Assembly: GCA_044892525.1 (NCBI GenBank)
Contig: CM097885.1
Span: 44,766,001-44,830,000, forward strand
Length of the DNA stretch: 64,000 nt
Reading direction: 5' to 3'
Source: Schmidtea polychroa
Lineage: Eukaryota
Below are positions 39,429-54,410 of the stretch, in pieces. Positions within the stretch are counted from its first letter, which is position 1. The number at the start of each line of letters is the position of its first letter. Under the pieces are notes generated by a model. The model made no database searches, was not told where the DNA came from, and saw nothing but the letters and a program-made list of their open reading frames with translations. The translations under genes and the position numbers were made by a program.

Positions 39429-42412
39429 ATATACAGAAATTTAGTTTGCTGTTATTGCTTTAAAATGATTGGTTGAATAGCTGAAGAATTATGATCAAAC
39501 AATATACTATCATCTCCAGTATTTGATGGTAAATATTTGTAGAAAATTTAGTGAATTTTGATCTTTTAATGGGCTCTTATTATTTGTCTGGTTCTATAAC
39601 AATTAATTAAAAGTCATATTTTTGAAATTCTCTGAGGATTTTAAGAGGATTGATATATATTAAAGGGCTCAAGTGGGTGAAATCTTTAGGGAAAATAAGG
39701 GATATAATCGGATAGATGTTTAAAAGGGTAAAAATATTTGCTGAGAGATCGGATAAGATGGGATATTGTCGGTTAAATTTAATGAGGGATGTGTTAAGAT
39801 GGGAAAATATGATCTTTTGAGGGTATGTAGTCGGTTAAATTTAATGAGGGATGGGTTAAGATGGGAAAATATGATCTTTTGAGGGTATGTAGTCGGTTAA
39901 ATTTAATGAGGGATGGGTTTCGATGGGAATCTTTTGAATATTTACATGGGTAATGTTGGTAAAATATCAATGTTTTAAGGGAAATTGCACTACATTAGTC
40001 AGTTATGAATCACTAATAATTATATCGTTTTATTAGGTTGTGATTAATTCATTGTATATTAATTTAGATTTATGTTTTAGAACAATATTCTATTAAGTAA
40101 GGATAATGATCGATTTACTTGGTTTTGACGATGAAAACTTTACAGATAAATGGGATTGATATCAACTTTAAATTATTTTTATCTTTATTTAAGAGGGAGA
40201 ATGACAAAAGTTGATAAATATGGACTTAAAACATCGACTAAAGAAAATTGATCTTTATTGGAAGAAATCTTGATTTTAATTAGTAATTAAATCGGTTGAA
40301 TATTGGTAAAAATGATCATTTGAAGAAATATATTTTATTGAATGGATAAATCTTTCAATGGGACCTAGTCAGTTATATTGTAGTAATATTTATTTAAAAT
40401 ATCGAGTACAGTGATTAACAAAAAATTAATTATAACCAGTTTTATCATTAGATTTTATAAATTATTTAGGGTTAATGATTTTACATGTTTTATAGGGAAA
40501 TATTCGTGATAATACGAATTAAAGTTAGAATTATAGTCATTTAAAGGGGATTTTAAGCAATCTTATTAGTCTGAGGGGAATATATGATCCTTTACGGGTA
40601 CTTATCATTAAAATATCAATCTTTAAATATTGATATATTTAGAGGAAATGATGCTTTTTAGATGATTTTAATGACTTATTTGTAATAATATGAATTAAGG
40701 GTAGAAATATAATCATTTAAGGGATTTTAAGGAATCTTGTTAGTCTGAGGGAAATATATATTCTTTTAAGTGTAATTATCGATAAAATACTAATCTTTAA
40801 GGATAGTTATTTCAGGGAAATTTGATGCTTTTTAGATGATTTTATTGAATTATTTGTAATAATATGGAATAAGGGTTGAAATATAGTCATTTAAGGGATT
40901 TTAAGAAATCTTATTAGTTTGAGGAGAATATATGATCTTTAACAAGTATTTATCATTAAAATACCAATCTTTAAATATTGATATATTTAGGGGGAAATGA
41001 TGCTTTTTAGATGATTTTATTAGAGAATTCACTTGGATATACCAATTATTGTCATTTAAATGAATTTACTGGTTTGTTAGATGTTATCATTAGTTATCTA
41101 GTCTCTTTTGGAATTTAATGATAATTATTTTTATTGTAGATTGCTGACTTTGATAATTGTAATGAATTTATACTGATTTTTTGAATATATTGAGAAATCA
41201 GTCAATCAATTTGAGTACATGTATTACTTTTACAAAAAAAATAATTAAAATTAATTTTATTTCAATTAATTTATTCAATCTAAATCAATTATCTACTAGA
41301 TCTTATTTCAAAATTTTTATTAATTTATTATCTTAGTTGATTCATATTAACTTGAATGATCAATATTTTTTTTTATTTACTGGATGATTAATGACTAGAA
41401 TTTTTTTTGTCCATTAATTTAATTTTTATGATATTTATTTCGAATAATTTAAATTTTTACAATTATTTAATCAATTTTTACCAAGTTATTGATGCCTTGA
41501 GTTCAATTAATTTTTCATCCAATTTGCCAAGTGATGAGTATTTTCTTTTAAAGATTAATTTGTTACTACATAGTTGTTGGTTGTAAGTAGTTGGTTGACT
41601 TTTTAGATTTTGATAAGAAAATAGTGTATGCGATGAAGAATATTTTGTATTTAATTGCTATTATTTTTATGTGTTGTTAGTTGATTGTTGGTACTAAGTT
41701 GTTGGTATCTTGTATTTGGTAGTTGGTACAGTGTTGTTAACTGATTGTTGTTATATAGTTGTAGGTTGATAATGCTTAGTACCTGGTTGTTGTTGGTTGA
41801 TAGTACTTAGTAGCTAGTTAATGGGTAGGTTGTGGTTGAGTGTTACCAATACCCTTACGACCAGTACCCTTACGACCAGTACCCTTACGACCTGTACCCT
41901 TAGGGGGGTCAAAACATCCTGTCGGATAAACTCAGAGTATATATAATAAAACCGATCAATAATAAGTATTTATTGAATGTGATTTTTACTTTGCAATAAT
42001 AAGTCAGTAGTTATCATTTAAAAGAAGAATGTTTTGTAAATTAGAATTCATTAGTCTTTCATTGTAATTTAAATTATTTTGAATTCCACGTGGTGTTAGA
42101 GTTGACAATTATTCATTTTTTGATGAAAATCAACATTTTTGTTAAATTTAGACATTTTGAAAAGGTTTTCTATTGATTGTAATTAAACATATTTTTGAAG
42201 ACATATAAAAAAATAATTTAAAAAGCATTTCATAAGATACAATGAAGAAGATTTAGTTGGTTGTTAGTACTTGGTTGTTTTTACTTGGTTGATTGAGATT
42301 TAGTTAGTATGTGGTATCATGTTGTAAGTATTTATTTATTTGTTAGCACCTAGTTAAAAATACATGATCGTTGTTGGAATCTGATTGTTGAATTATTATT
42401 TTTATTATTAAT

Positions 42413-42473
<61 letters not shown>

Positions 42474-45231
42474 CATTAAAATTTCCATTTACATTTTCAT
42501 TATAAATTACATTTCTCAAAAAAGTTGGTGGTTATTCAATCTTTTGATAATAAATTTAAAAATCTTACTTTAATTTACTTATTTAGCTTTAATTTAAAAT
42601 TTGAACCATTGGATACTTAATTTTAAATTTTGAACCATTGTTTTCTTTAATTTAAAATTTTTAACTTTAATTTACTTATCCTTAATTTACCTAATTATTC
42701 TTTATTTCTTAATTTTACACCATAATTTACTTAACAACTAAATATAATCCTTATTTTCATATTTAACCAATAATTTCATGTGGTCATCTGGTTGTAAGTG
42801 TTTGGTATCTAGTTGACAGTGCTTAGTACTAGGTAAGTTACTTGGTTGTTAGTACTTGGTTGATAATGCTTAGTGTCTGGTTGTATGTACTTGGTATCTA
42901 GTTGTTAGTAACTAGTTGTAGGTAATTAATGCTTAGTAGTTGGTAACTGGTTGTTAGTACTTGGTAGGTGGTAGCTAGTTGGTTGTAGGTACTTAGTAGT
43001 TGGTAGCTAGTTGAGTGCTGGTTGTAGCTAGTTAATGGGTAACTGGTTGTTAGTATCTAGTTGTAGGTACTTGGTAGGTGGTAGTTAGTTGTTAGCTAAT
43101 TGTTGTGGGTTGTTAGTACTTGGTATCAGGTAACTGGTTGTTAGTACTTGGTAGGTGGTAGCTAGTTGGTTGTAGGTACTTAGTAGTTGGTTGATGATGC
43201 TTAGTACCTGGTTATTGTCGGTTGTTAGTACTTGGTAGCTAGTTAATGGGTAGGTGGGGGTTGAGAGTTAGTTAGTACGTGGTATTTAGTTGTAAGTACT
43301 TGGTAGCAGGTAACTGGTTGTTAGTATCTAGTTGTAGGTATCTGGTTGATGTTGGTTGTAAGTACTTGCTATCTAGTACCTAGTTGGTTGGTTGTTAGTA
43401 TTTAGTATTTAGTTGGTTGATAATGCTTAGTACTTGGTTGTTGTTGGTTGTAAGTACTAGGTATCAGGTAACTGGTTGTTAGTATTTAGTTGTAAGTACT
43501 TGGTATCAGGTAACTAGTTGGTTGTAGCTACTTAGTAGTTGGTAACTGGTTGTTAGTATTTAGTTGTTTGAGACCTGGTTGTTAGTACTTGGTAGCTAGT
43601 TAATGGGTAGGTGGTTGTAGGTACTTGGTATCTAGTTTTTAGTATCTAGTTGTAGGTATCTGGTAACTAGGTGGTTGTAGGTACTTAGTAGTTGGTAACA
43701 GGTTGTTAGTATTTAGTTGTTTGAGACCTGGTTGTTAGTACTTGGTAGCTAGTTAATGGGTAGGTGGTTGTATTTACTTAGTATCATGTAACTAGTTGTT
43801 AGTAACTAGTTGTAGGTATCTGGTTGTTAATAAATGTTCGTAAGTTACTGGTTGTTGGTACTAAGTTGTTGGTTTATTGTTGAATTATTATTAAAATTTG
43901 TCTTTGAAAAATATTTCATAAAAATTTTCATTAAAAATTATCTTAAAAATTTCCATCTAAAATTATCATTGAAAAATATTTCATAAAAATTTCCATAAAA
44001 AATTACCATTGAAAAATATTTCATAAAAATTTCCATTAAAAATTAACTTAAAAATTATTTCATAAAAATTTTCATTAAAAATTAACTTAAAAAATTATTT
44101 CATAAAAATTTTCATTAAAAAATTTCAATTCTCAAACACCTTCAACTTTTGTTAATAAATTTAAAAATCTTACTTTAATTTACTTTAATTTACTTATTTA
44201 AAATTTTTTACCATTGATTACTTAATTTAAAATTTGGACCTTAATTAACTTTAATTTAATTTTTAGAACCATAATTTACTTTAATTTAAAAATTTGGACC
44301 ATTATTTACTGTAATTTAATTTTTAAGAACCATAATTTACTGTAATTCAATTTTTAGGACCATAATTTACTGTATTTGAAAAATTTGGACCTTAATTAAC
44401 TTTAATTTAATTTTTAGGACCATAATTTACTGTATTTGAAAAATTTGGACCTTAATTATCTTTAATTTAATTTTTAGAACAATAATTTACTTTTAATTTA
44501 ATTTTTAGAACCATAATTTACTTTAATTCAAAAATTTGGACCATAATTTACTGTAATTTAATTTTTTAGGACTATTATTTACTATAATTTAATTTTTAGA
44601 ACTATAATTTACTTTAATTTTAAAATTTGGACCATTATTTACTTTAATTGAAAAATTTACCACGTTTTTAGTGTAGACCACCTATTTCTCAGGACCAAGG
44701 AGACTCACCTCACTATAGTCTGAAAAATCCTTGGCTTTTTTAGTGTAGACCAGCTTTTTGTATTGAAAATATCCTGAGACCTTAAATTACCATGCTTTTT
44801 TAGTGTAGACCAGCTTTTTGTATTGAAAAATTTTTTTTGTATTGAAAATCCCAGGACCATCGTTTTTGTATTGAAAAAAATTTTTTTGTATTGAAAATCC
44901 CAGGACCATCGAGACCCCCTCACTATAGTGTGAATAATCCTTGGCTTTTTTAGTGGTAGTCGGATTTTTGTATAGAAAAAATTTTATTTGTATTGAAAAT
45001 CCAAGGTCCATCGAGACCCCCTCACTATAGTGTGAATAATCCTTGACTTTTTTATTGATAGTCGGATTTTTGTATAGAAAAATTTTATTTGTATTGAAAA
45101 TCCCAGGTCCATCGAGACCCCCTCCCTATAGTCTGATAAAAAAAAATTTGGACCAAAAATCCATGAAAGCAAAAAATGTGAGTTGCAGCAATTGCGTAAT
45201 CAAAAGTTGCTGCAGTAAGCTACTAACTACC

Positions 45232-45313
<82 letters not shown>

Positions 45314-45886
45314 AACATATTTATATGTATTTTGATATTATCAATATTTTTACTAGTGATAAGGAGCTTAAAATTATTACTAAAAAATTATACAATAATT
45401 TTTTTATATACATACATTGAAATTCTTTTCACGTAGCTATAGTAGGCCCACAAATATAAAACGACCATTAAAAAAATATTCGTATTAAAATTATATTCAA
45501 ATACTAATTTTTGTACTTGGTGATATAGTCTTTTCGCGTTGATATTTTTTATTATTGCTCATTGTAGGATGGGTTTAGATATGAAATTAATTTTATTTAA
45601 AACAAATTTGTAATTATAAATAAAATCGAAGAGTCTGTTCAAATTTGAATTTTTGTTTTTCAAATTTTAGTTAGATTATGTAGTTTCTGGTAAAAATTTG
45701 AAATTATAGTTGAAAATTTCGAAATTTTAATGATTATAAACATGTGTAAAACTCAATTAAAGTACGCGCGCGTTCTATTCGAATAGAATACTTATGCACA
45801 TTTTATTCGAATAAAATGCACGCGTACTATATTGGGTGGAAGACAGTAGTGAGTAGTCTGCATTTTTTATATGAATTCAAGAATTT

Positions 45887-46105
45887 AAACAATTAAAAGA
45901 TTATTTAAGCATTTTACTGCGAATAATGTTTAATAAAAATGAAAAATTTTCGACTATAAGATAACCCTTGACAAATTGACAAGGGCTGTCTTATAGTTGA
46001 AAATGTTTTCATTTGTTTTAAATATATTGTTCGCAGCAAGTCTTAAATTATCATTTAATTGTTTAAAATTTAATTAATGCTGCTACCAAAAAATCATCAC
46101 TTTAT
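45887..46105 (+). repeat. Third, diverged copy of hairpin repeat family
   Basis: aattttcgactataagataacccttgacaa-a-ttgacaagggctgtcttatagttgaaaat, plus the shared flank aatgctgctaccaaaaaatcatca. Confidence 0.75.
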
Positions 46106-46429
46106 AAATTCAAGAGCTATATCGATATTATTTAGTTTATTTTGATAACGTAGTTACTGTGAATAGATTAGACTGAATTAGCCAAAAGTCAAAATTTGTT
46201 GTGTTTTCAATTACATAAATTACTTAACAAATTTCTTGGTGATAAGTTTTTAGATCTGGTTTATTTAGGTGATATTAGTATTAATATATTGTTTAAATAT
46301 AATATCAAATATAATATCTGACTATTCTATTTAATTTCAAGTTAATAAAAGGTAATTAATTTATTATTTTGTAAAAATTAAAAAATAATAAATTTATGAA
46401 TTTATAAATTTGTAAAAACTTTGACTAAT

Positions 46430-47560
46430 AAAATAGAAAAAAAATTAAGGGGTGCAGCAAAAAGAAGAATAATTTAAAATAAACAAAAGCGGCTTTAATA
46501 CCAAAGCAAACAAATTTTTTGAAAGAGCAAGTCAAGAATCTGAAGATTTGGTGTTATTAAATCAGTCAGTAGAACATGATGATATCAATGAAACTATTGC
46601 TAATAAAAATATGAAGAATGGAGTTGTATATATGTCTCTGAAAAACCACCGAAACGAAGACAAGGAAGCTTCAAACTCTGATTCGAATCAAAGTTTTGGG
46701 TGCAAGTCATTGATCGTATAGTAAATATAACATTTTCAATTTGTAAAATTCTTTGACCTTCGTTGTTATGTGAATCATTTGGCAATAAATATATAGGACA
46801 TTTAATAGGCCAAGCTCAACTTTTTGCAAACCAAAAGAATCTTTAAAATATTTAAGCCAACAAATTCAAAATGAAGTCATAGATTGCCTTGCAACACATT
46901 TAAGAACGACTCTCATTGCAGATATTAATAGTTTACCTTTTTATACAATTATAATGGATATAAAAAATCAGCTCGGTAAAATGTTTAGATTTGTCAAAAT
47001 TATTAAAAATGAGAAGTATGAGGGCACATTAATTGAAATTAGAGAGGTTTTCATGGGATTTACGGAATTATAAACACACTGTTGCTGGACTACATAAAGC
47101 AGTGGTTTTCAATTCGTGTTTCGCATTTAAGATACATATCATCAAAAACCTCAATTAATTTTTTTATAAGATGATTCAATAAGAAAGCCGTTACACGGAT
47201 ATATAAACATACAAATATAAAAGTGTTTCTATTGCTTGTTATTGTTGCGCGTGGTATTTTCTATTCTTATAAGAACGCATTGTTTACATTTACGACAGAT
47301 TTATAGTAATTTTTGATTGGTCACTCATTGTGGGCAAGTATTTTTTTGTCAGTGTTCCGCGTTTTTATATTAATTGAGAACCACTGACATAAAGGAATTT
47401 TAAATCTGCTAAAAGAACATTATATAAAATTAGTAAATGTAGAGGCCAACGTTATAATAGTGCGAACGTTATGAGTGGGATATAAAATGGTGTTCAGGCT
47501 ATTTTTGAGATAGTATTAAAACGTCACTGTTTATAGTTCCCATTATCCTTCAAAATTCTC
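46430..47560 (+). mobile_element. Highly degraded hAT (ZMYM1-like) remnant
   Basis: Fragments KKLRGAAKRR, FYTIIMD...EVFMGF and CRGQRYNSANVMSGI*NGVQA. Boundaries are approximate. Confidence 0.6.
47100..47386. mobile_element. hAT-Charlie-type MITE, 287 bp
   Basis: CAGTGGTTTTCAATT ... AATTGAGAACCACTG with a perfect 8-bp TSD ACATAAAG. Confidence 0.9.
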
Positions 47561-47641
47561 TAAAATTATCACAATAAAAAATGTTGTACCTAATTTTTGA
47601 ATTTTATCCTTTTAATTTATTTATTTTTGCTTGTATTTTAG

Positions 47642-47843
47642 GGTTGCCTTATTATATTGTTGTTCCAAAATCAAATAGAAGTACTCTAAATTTAGTTTAT
47701 AGAGTATATTACCAGGCTTTACAAAAGAAATTTAGTAAAAAAGTTAAAAATTCTGAAGTGAAAAATATTGCCACTAATGATACAATAAACTCAACTAGTC
47801 AAGGAAGTTTCAAAAGAAATGATATTACTGCAGTTAATCAACA
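47642..47843 (+). CDS. SLC15A4: SLC15A4-like transporter, exon 3
   Basis: ttttag|...CA|gtaagt, phase 1-2. (G)LPYYIVVPKSNRSTLNLVYRVYYQAL... is in frame with exons 2 and 4. Confidence 0.85.
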
Positions 47844-49439
47844 GTAAGTGTAAATTATTTTCTATTAATTAATTCCCAAAAATATATGAAAAACTAGAAA
47901 AACGCCATTTTAATTCATATCTAAAAATTCTATGGATTAATGTGCGAAGGAACAATAAAATATTAGATGTTCTACGATTTGATAATCTGATTATAATAAA
48001 TCTTAATGATGTTACATTCGAACGACGATTAAAATGTAATGTTTTCTGAATACACTAATAATCACTTTACTTTTGTATCATTTTTTCACATTTAGTTTAA
48101 CATCCGTGAAGAAAATTCCTAGTAACGCTAAAAAGTAACAAAAATCCAAAACCAAATCATTTTCAAAAACTTTATAATATTTGCTTCATACATGAATGGA
48201 TAAAAAAATTAGTTTTTATTTCTTGAATGTTAAAAAGTTGTAAAAATACACAATGATCAATACAACGATATACAAGTTTAGACTTCCAAAATAATAAAAA
48301 TAGAAAGACTGCTTCACTATACAAGGAAATAGAATCTATCTGACAAAATTGTATTAGCATAGATATATATTAATTTTATGATTTTACACTAATAATAATA
48401 ATCTTCAAAACTAATAAATTAAATTAAATTATTTAAAAAACTATTTATTAAACAACTGTTTAATTTTTATTTATTTAACATATTTCCGCCAAATACTATA
48501 GTTTTCTTTATCTCTATTCTGATTCATAATTGAAGGATCGGAAATGTGCTGGTTTTATGTTTCTATTTCGTCTTATTGAGTATCTTACCGATCTGCTGGT
48601 TCCACTTGTTGTTTCGATATTTCAGGTATTCATCCATTATCTGTCTTTTTTTCTTTTTAGTTTTCACATTTGTTCCCCAACTGTTCTTTACCGTTACAAT
48701 ATCATCTGATCTACTATGATTTTTTATTTGAATATGAGTTCGCTTAATTATCTTATCCATTATATATTTAAGCTTCAGTGTCCAAATTGTTTATTTTATC
48801 TATAATTTCACATGGTCCATTATATCTTTTACTCAGTTTAACTTTAACAAGTGCCCAATTTTTACCTCTACTTTTGTGTTCCGTTTATTTTTATTGAAAA
48901 TCTTTTCCAAATACTTTCTTGCTTTTTCTGGCCTTATTTCAATTTTATTTTTACTACGCTTAATATCATTTCTCAAACTCTCAATAAAGTCTTCCATGTT
49001 AGATTTTTCAATTCTTCATATTTTCTTTAACTTTTCTTCAGTTTCTTTACAAACATTTCCAAATGCATATATCCTGTAGTCTTATGAACTTCACTTCTTA
49101 ACTCATACTCTTTCGTCGGTATAACTCATCTTCACTGTTGCCGCCATAATACTTTTACTTTTATGAAGTCCTTTATTTGAAGTCCTTTACTTGTGAGACG
49201 TGTTAATGAATAGAATTTATAAAGAAAACGTGATCCAAATCGATTCTGGACAGAATGATCCAATATTCTCACATATATTGGTTACTATTGAACCAAAACA
49301 TAAATAGCTTTATTTTTAGAAATGTATGCTAAAACACTTCTTATAATAATATAACAACTTGTTAAGGATCCTGATCAAATAAATTGTGTTAAACATTGTG
49401 TTAATTTTATTTCAATTAAAAATTGGTATATGAAATAAT

Positions 49440-51271
49440 TAGTGGATGCTGTTCCCGGACTTTTTTTCAATCCCGGGATCCGGGAATTTTTTTAATATTA
49501 AAAATTTTACAATTGTACTATAATTCATTATTTTTATTTACAAAAAACATACAATAATAAAAATAAAAAAATTTAATGCACCTTGTCTGGTATATTTTTT
49601 AAACTTATTCGAGTTTTTTACAATATGTTTTTAAAAAACAAAACATCATTTGAATGATCTGACAAACCCACTCGTTTTTTGTTACAATTGTTCCAGAAAT
49701 TGAAAAAACTCGCTCTGATTCGGGTGATGTTGGTTTGATTGTCATTACTGAATTATAAATTTTTTTAAGAGTATGTGTCATTGTTCCTGTTGCCGCATAT
49801 AATCTCATCTTCTTTTGTATATATGTTGTTTTGTCAAGTTTTACAACTTCCATAGTTTTCTGTGATTTACTTATTGCACTTGCCAAAGACTTCTTCAAAT
49901 AATCGTTTGTAGTTGATGGTTTTGGTAAAATAATATCGCTTGTTGTTGGTACATCAATTATCTCGCATAAATTTGAATCATTATCTATGGCTATCTCCCG
50001 ACCATCAGAAAAATATTGGATTACCAAATCTTTTGCTAATTTAGATACTGCAGAAATTGATGATACAACAAAAACCTGTCCATAACTATTCAAGTAACAG
50101 TTATTTGTATCAGATTTTAAATTTTCTGGATTTTGCAGAAACATTGCAAGCCACGGGCATTCAAACTTTCCTTTTATAAATAAACTTTTACAAACACCAG
50201 AAATTGATAATCCATCTAGCTACTATTTCAGCTATGGATTGTCGTTTAATATAGTTAAAGATTGTAGGTTGAATTTTTGAAATCTTAGAAGATGCTAGAC
50301 TTGCTTCCAAGTTGGCTTCATTTTCTTTACGTTTTATTACTTTTTCTGGATGAACAACTGAAAAATGACGAATTAACCCACTGGTGGATGATCCTTTGCA
50401 TCCGATATTTGCTGAGCAGTATTCGCAAACCGCCTTTTTAAAACTTTCATCCCCTTTGAAATGGTTTCAAACTTCCGATGAATTCTTTTTAAACATGTCT
50501 GATAAAAAAAACTTTAAATATAAATATATAATTAATTAATGAATGAATACAGATTTTATTGCTTACCAATCACTTCAAAAGAAAATAAACTACACAAAAT
50601 GAATTTACAATAATAAATGAATAACACTTAAAAAGCGGTTTTAAAAATATAAGCAAAACCTTCTGTACCTACGCCTGTAGTGTCTCTGACTCCCAATTTT
50701 ATCAATTTAATAATTTAACTTAAAATATATTATTAAATTAATTAAATTAAAATTAAAAACCATTGTTTAAATAATCCGGTCTTTTTCCAAAAAATCATCA
50801 AATTCAAAAAGAAACAATGAATTATTCAACTTCGCAATCATTAAATTGTGTCAAAATCAATAAATCAAATATGCCAGAAATTCAAGAAACAGAAACCTTC
50901 GTCTTATTAGCAATGATCTCTCTGATGATAGTCAAGATCTTCAACAATCTCCATACTATCACCAGATCAAGTGTTCGTGCTTTCGTTGGTATATTGACTA
51001 TTGGAGAAGATATGACAATTATTTACTGCAATGTTAATTTTAATAAAATCTTTATTAGAATTCATTGTATGTATCTACAACGCCTTTTTCGTAAAAAATA
51101 TTCTATGGTTTAACGTTTTTTCATGTTTTAAAATATGATTCCACTAATCACTATGGAAACATCTAAAATGACAAACTTGAGTAATTTTTTTTTAATTCCC
51201 GGATTTTATAATGGTGAAATCCCAGGAATCGGGATTATAAACTCCAAAAATTTCCCCGGAAGGACTTACTA
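49440..51271 (-). mobile_element. Internally deleted hAT element with BED finger
   Basis: Perfect 8-bp TSD GAAATAAT, TAGT...ACTA ends and TCCCGG subterminal motifs. BED finger (SEV*NHFK...AVCEYC...SSTSGLIRHFSVVHP) at ~50345-50496, and hAT C-terminus TIKPTSPESERVFSISG in ORF 49605-50144. Confidence 0.9.
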
Positions 51272-51572
51272 GAAATAATGCATTTCTTGTTAATAAATAT
51301 TTGAAGTTTTATTTATCAAAATAGACTGAGAATAAATATTTAAATTTTATTAGTTTTGATTGTATTTCTACCGGTAATTTGTTATTTAATTTCTTATCTT
51401 TATTACTAAATTACTAAATGATGAAGATTGTGATGAAAAATGTATTAAACATCCGTTCTAAACAAATTATTATTCTTAATTTAGTTGACTTATATTCAGC
51501 TTATATTTACAATCGATATTTATAATTATTAATAGTTGTTAAAAAAAATTTTCTAGAATACTTGAATAATAA

Positions 51573-53060
51573 CAATGATCTACAACAAATTTGGTGTCTA
51601 AGGTTTTTCAACTGATTTAGGAATATTTTCTTGTGCTGAATCGAAAAAAATCACATTGGTTTTGTTTAGTGAGGTCATTTTTTTTTATATAGCGCCACAT
51701 GAACATTTTACGTGTCTATGCTTGCCATCGATTTAATAGTAAATGAGATATCTATGCGTTTTTAACTTAAGATTCTAGTTGGTTCTTTTATATATTTAAT
51801 TGTTATTGCAGTGAAAAGATAGATTCAGGTAGAAAATCTTGTAAAAATAAACCTGATGTATTTTGGTACATCTATGGTGAATACACCTTTATTGTCAACA
51901 GGAACCCAGTCACCAACTTTGTAAAGCGTGTTTATCATTTATATTTCGGTATTAAGCTGGATGATCAATATAAACTTTGGGCACCTTACATGATATGCAA
52001 GACGTGGACTAAAGGAACTAAGAGTTCTTTGAAATTTTGGATCCCTGTGGTTTGGAGGTAACCTTCCAATCATGCAACTGACTGTTACTTCTATGCCATT
52101 GATGTAACTGGAATAAACAAGAAAAACCGGAGCTGCTTCAAATATCCTGATCTAGAATCAGGACGTAGTCCTATATCTCACTGTGATGAGATTCCATGAT
52201 CTTCCCGACATGAGCGACGAAAAATTCTACTCCTCTTCTAGTATTTAAGAAGATGAAGATGAAGAATTTGCTCCTTACGATGACACTCCACATTCGTTCT
52301 CTCAACATGAGCTTAATGACTTTGTTCGTGATCTCAGCTTGTCAAAATCGATTTCTGAAATGTTGGTATCAAGACTGAAAGACAAAAACCTCATCTCTCG
52401 TTATGCTCCCATCACATTATACCGAAATTTAAATGAAGAGTACCTCCCGTTTTTCACTAAAGTTTAGTGTACTGCACTTATATTGCACAGTTCTTTCATA
52501 AACTATGGGTAACTCAATACAAAACCGAAGAGTGGAGACTATTTATTGACAGCAGTAAGCGATCACTGAAATTTGTTCTATTGCATAATGGCAACCAGGT
52601 TGACTCTGCCCATTCACAAACACTCAAAGAGAAGTATGAAGCGGTGAAGTATGTTATGGAGAAACTACGTCATGATAAGCATGAGTGGCTGATTTGTTTC
52701 GATTTGAAAATGGTTAACTTTTTGTTGGGACGACAGTCTGGGTTTACAAAGTTCCCATATTTTCTCTGTTTGTGGGACAGTAGAGATCGAGCACAACATT
52801 ACATAAAGAAGGAGTGGCCTGTAAGAGAAGAATCACTGCCCTGTCGTGCAAGGAAAATCATCAACGAGCCGCTGGTGAACCGAGACAGGATCTTATTCCC
52901 ACCGCTGCATATTTAGCTTGGCTTGATCAAATAATTCGCCAGAGCTCTAGACAAGGATGGGTACTGCTTTGCATACATGTGCCAAGCTTTTCCATGTTTA
53001 ACTATTGAAAAGTTGAAAGCTGGAATAAAATTCAACAGTTTATGAGAGATCCAGAGTTAA
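51573..53060 (+). mobile_element. Degenerate transposase of the Chapaev3 (CMC)-like type, 3'-truncated
   Basis: Fragments SCKNKPDVF..I.GEY, YFGIKLDDQ.K.WAP, P.VWR.P.NH..DCYF, EWRLFIDSSKRSLKFVLLHNGN, DLKMVNFLLG.QSGFTKFPYFLCLWDSR and PPLHI*LGLIK. The superfamily assignment is from memory of the motif set. Confidence 0.65.
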
Positions 53061-54410
53061 TCCACATTTTACCCTTTCGTGCTGTTTCCAGCATAACCCA
53101 GAATATAAGTTTCCTTTACTACTCGATACCTGTTGATCAATCAATGTTGGACCTGTTTCAAATGGGTGAATGTTCGCGAAAAGTGAATGTACCTTTGTAC
53201 ACTATAATCGGCAAGCACTCGAGCGGATTCGCAGATTGCTGTTAGAATGCCTATCTCCGACTAAGTTTTAGGTATCTTGTTTATTTGTGGTTCTCTCTAA
53301 AATGGTTCGGAAATCATGACATTAGATATAACAAGAGTCATCCTAAGAAAATACATTATATTTTATTTCGAATTACAATATTGTACAAACCAGCTCTATT
53401 GATATGCCGCGTTCTGGATAACTTCTCTCGCGTATCCTTACTAAGATATCTCGGGCTTCCATCGCCGTGGCACAGGCCTCCAGTAACCTGATCGGCGCTT
53501 GGATCTGCTCCGCCGCATGCTCGTCCACTACTCGTTGATTCAGCTGGGCTTCTATCCGTCTCATCTGGATTTGGAGTGCCCTCAGTCCCGTCTGATCCTA
53601 GGTGCTCGGAATTTGTAATTGTTGGATCAGGCGTAAATGTTTCTTCATGTCTTCCGGGCGGAACCAGATGTGCTCCATCTACCGGCACCGGCTCCTGAAT
53701 TTATTAATCCGACATTGCAATTGCGCGGTGGCCTGATGGGCTATTTCTCGATCTGCCTTGAGACTCTTCAACAGCCGCAATGATGAAAATAAAAAAATTC
53801 GACTTTTAATGACCGTGTAATTAAAAACACATCATTTCAATTTTCCTACTTATCTCTCCCCTTTTGTAATTTGACGAATCGGTCGCTATATGTCGAACCC
53901 CATCTTCCAATAACTCACACTTTGCACCTAAAGGATATCCATAGCCCAAATACAACCATTCAAAATCTGATCAACACATTACTAATCATTCAAAGATTAA
54001 CCGAACATTAACACAATATAATTTTATTACAACCAGTCCAAAATACATCGATGTAACAGCTGTCAGCTTCACTGTCGTCACACTGAGCTGCGCGGTCTTC
54101 TACGCTTCCGCGGGGAGTCGCCATTCATCAATGTGATCATTTCCGGGATTTCGACTTCACGGTCATTATATTTGGACAGATCATCTGTCCATTCACTATC
54201 ATCGAATTGCTGGAGTTCTCAATCCGTGCTTTGGATACGCCCGAGGCGTATATCTTCTTCAATTCGCCACAGTTGGTCTATGGCGGTTCGAACTTTGTGG
54301 ACCGCCATATTGAGGGTGGGCTCTCGTTTTAGCATCACCGTAGGCCAGGCCGGATCCTCAATCGGTCGCTTGTAAGGCTCTATTCTATAGCCCCGATTCC
54401 ATGCCCGGAT
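53060..54410 (-). other. GC-richer segment with short ORF fragments, probably a retroelement remnant (unclassified)
   Basis: GC content clearly above the flanks; broken minus-strand ORFs (53356-53688, 54219-54410) with no motif I recognise. Confidence 0.3.
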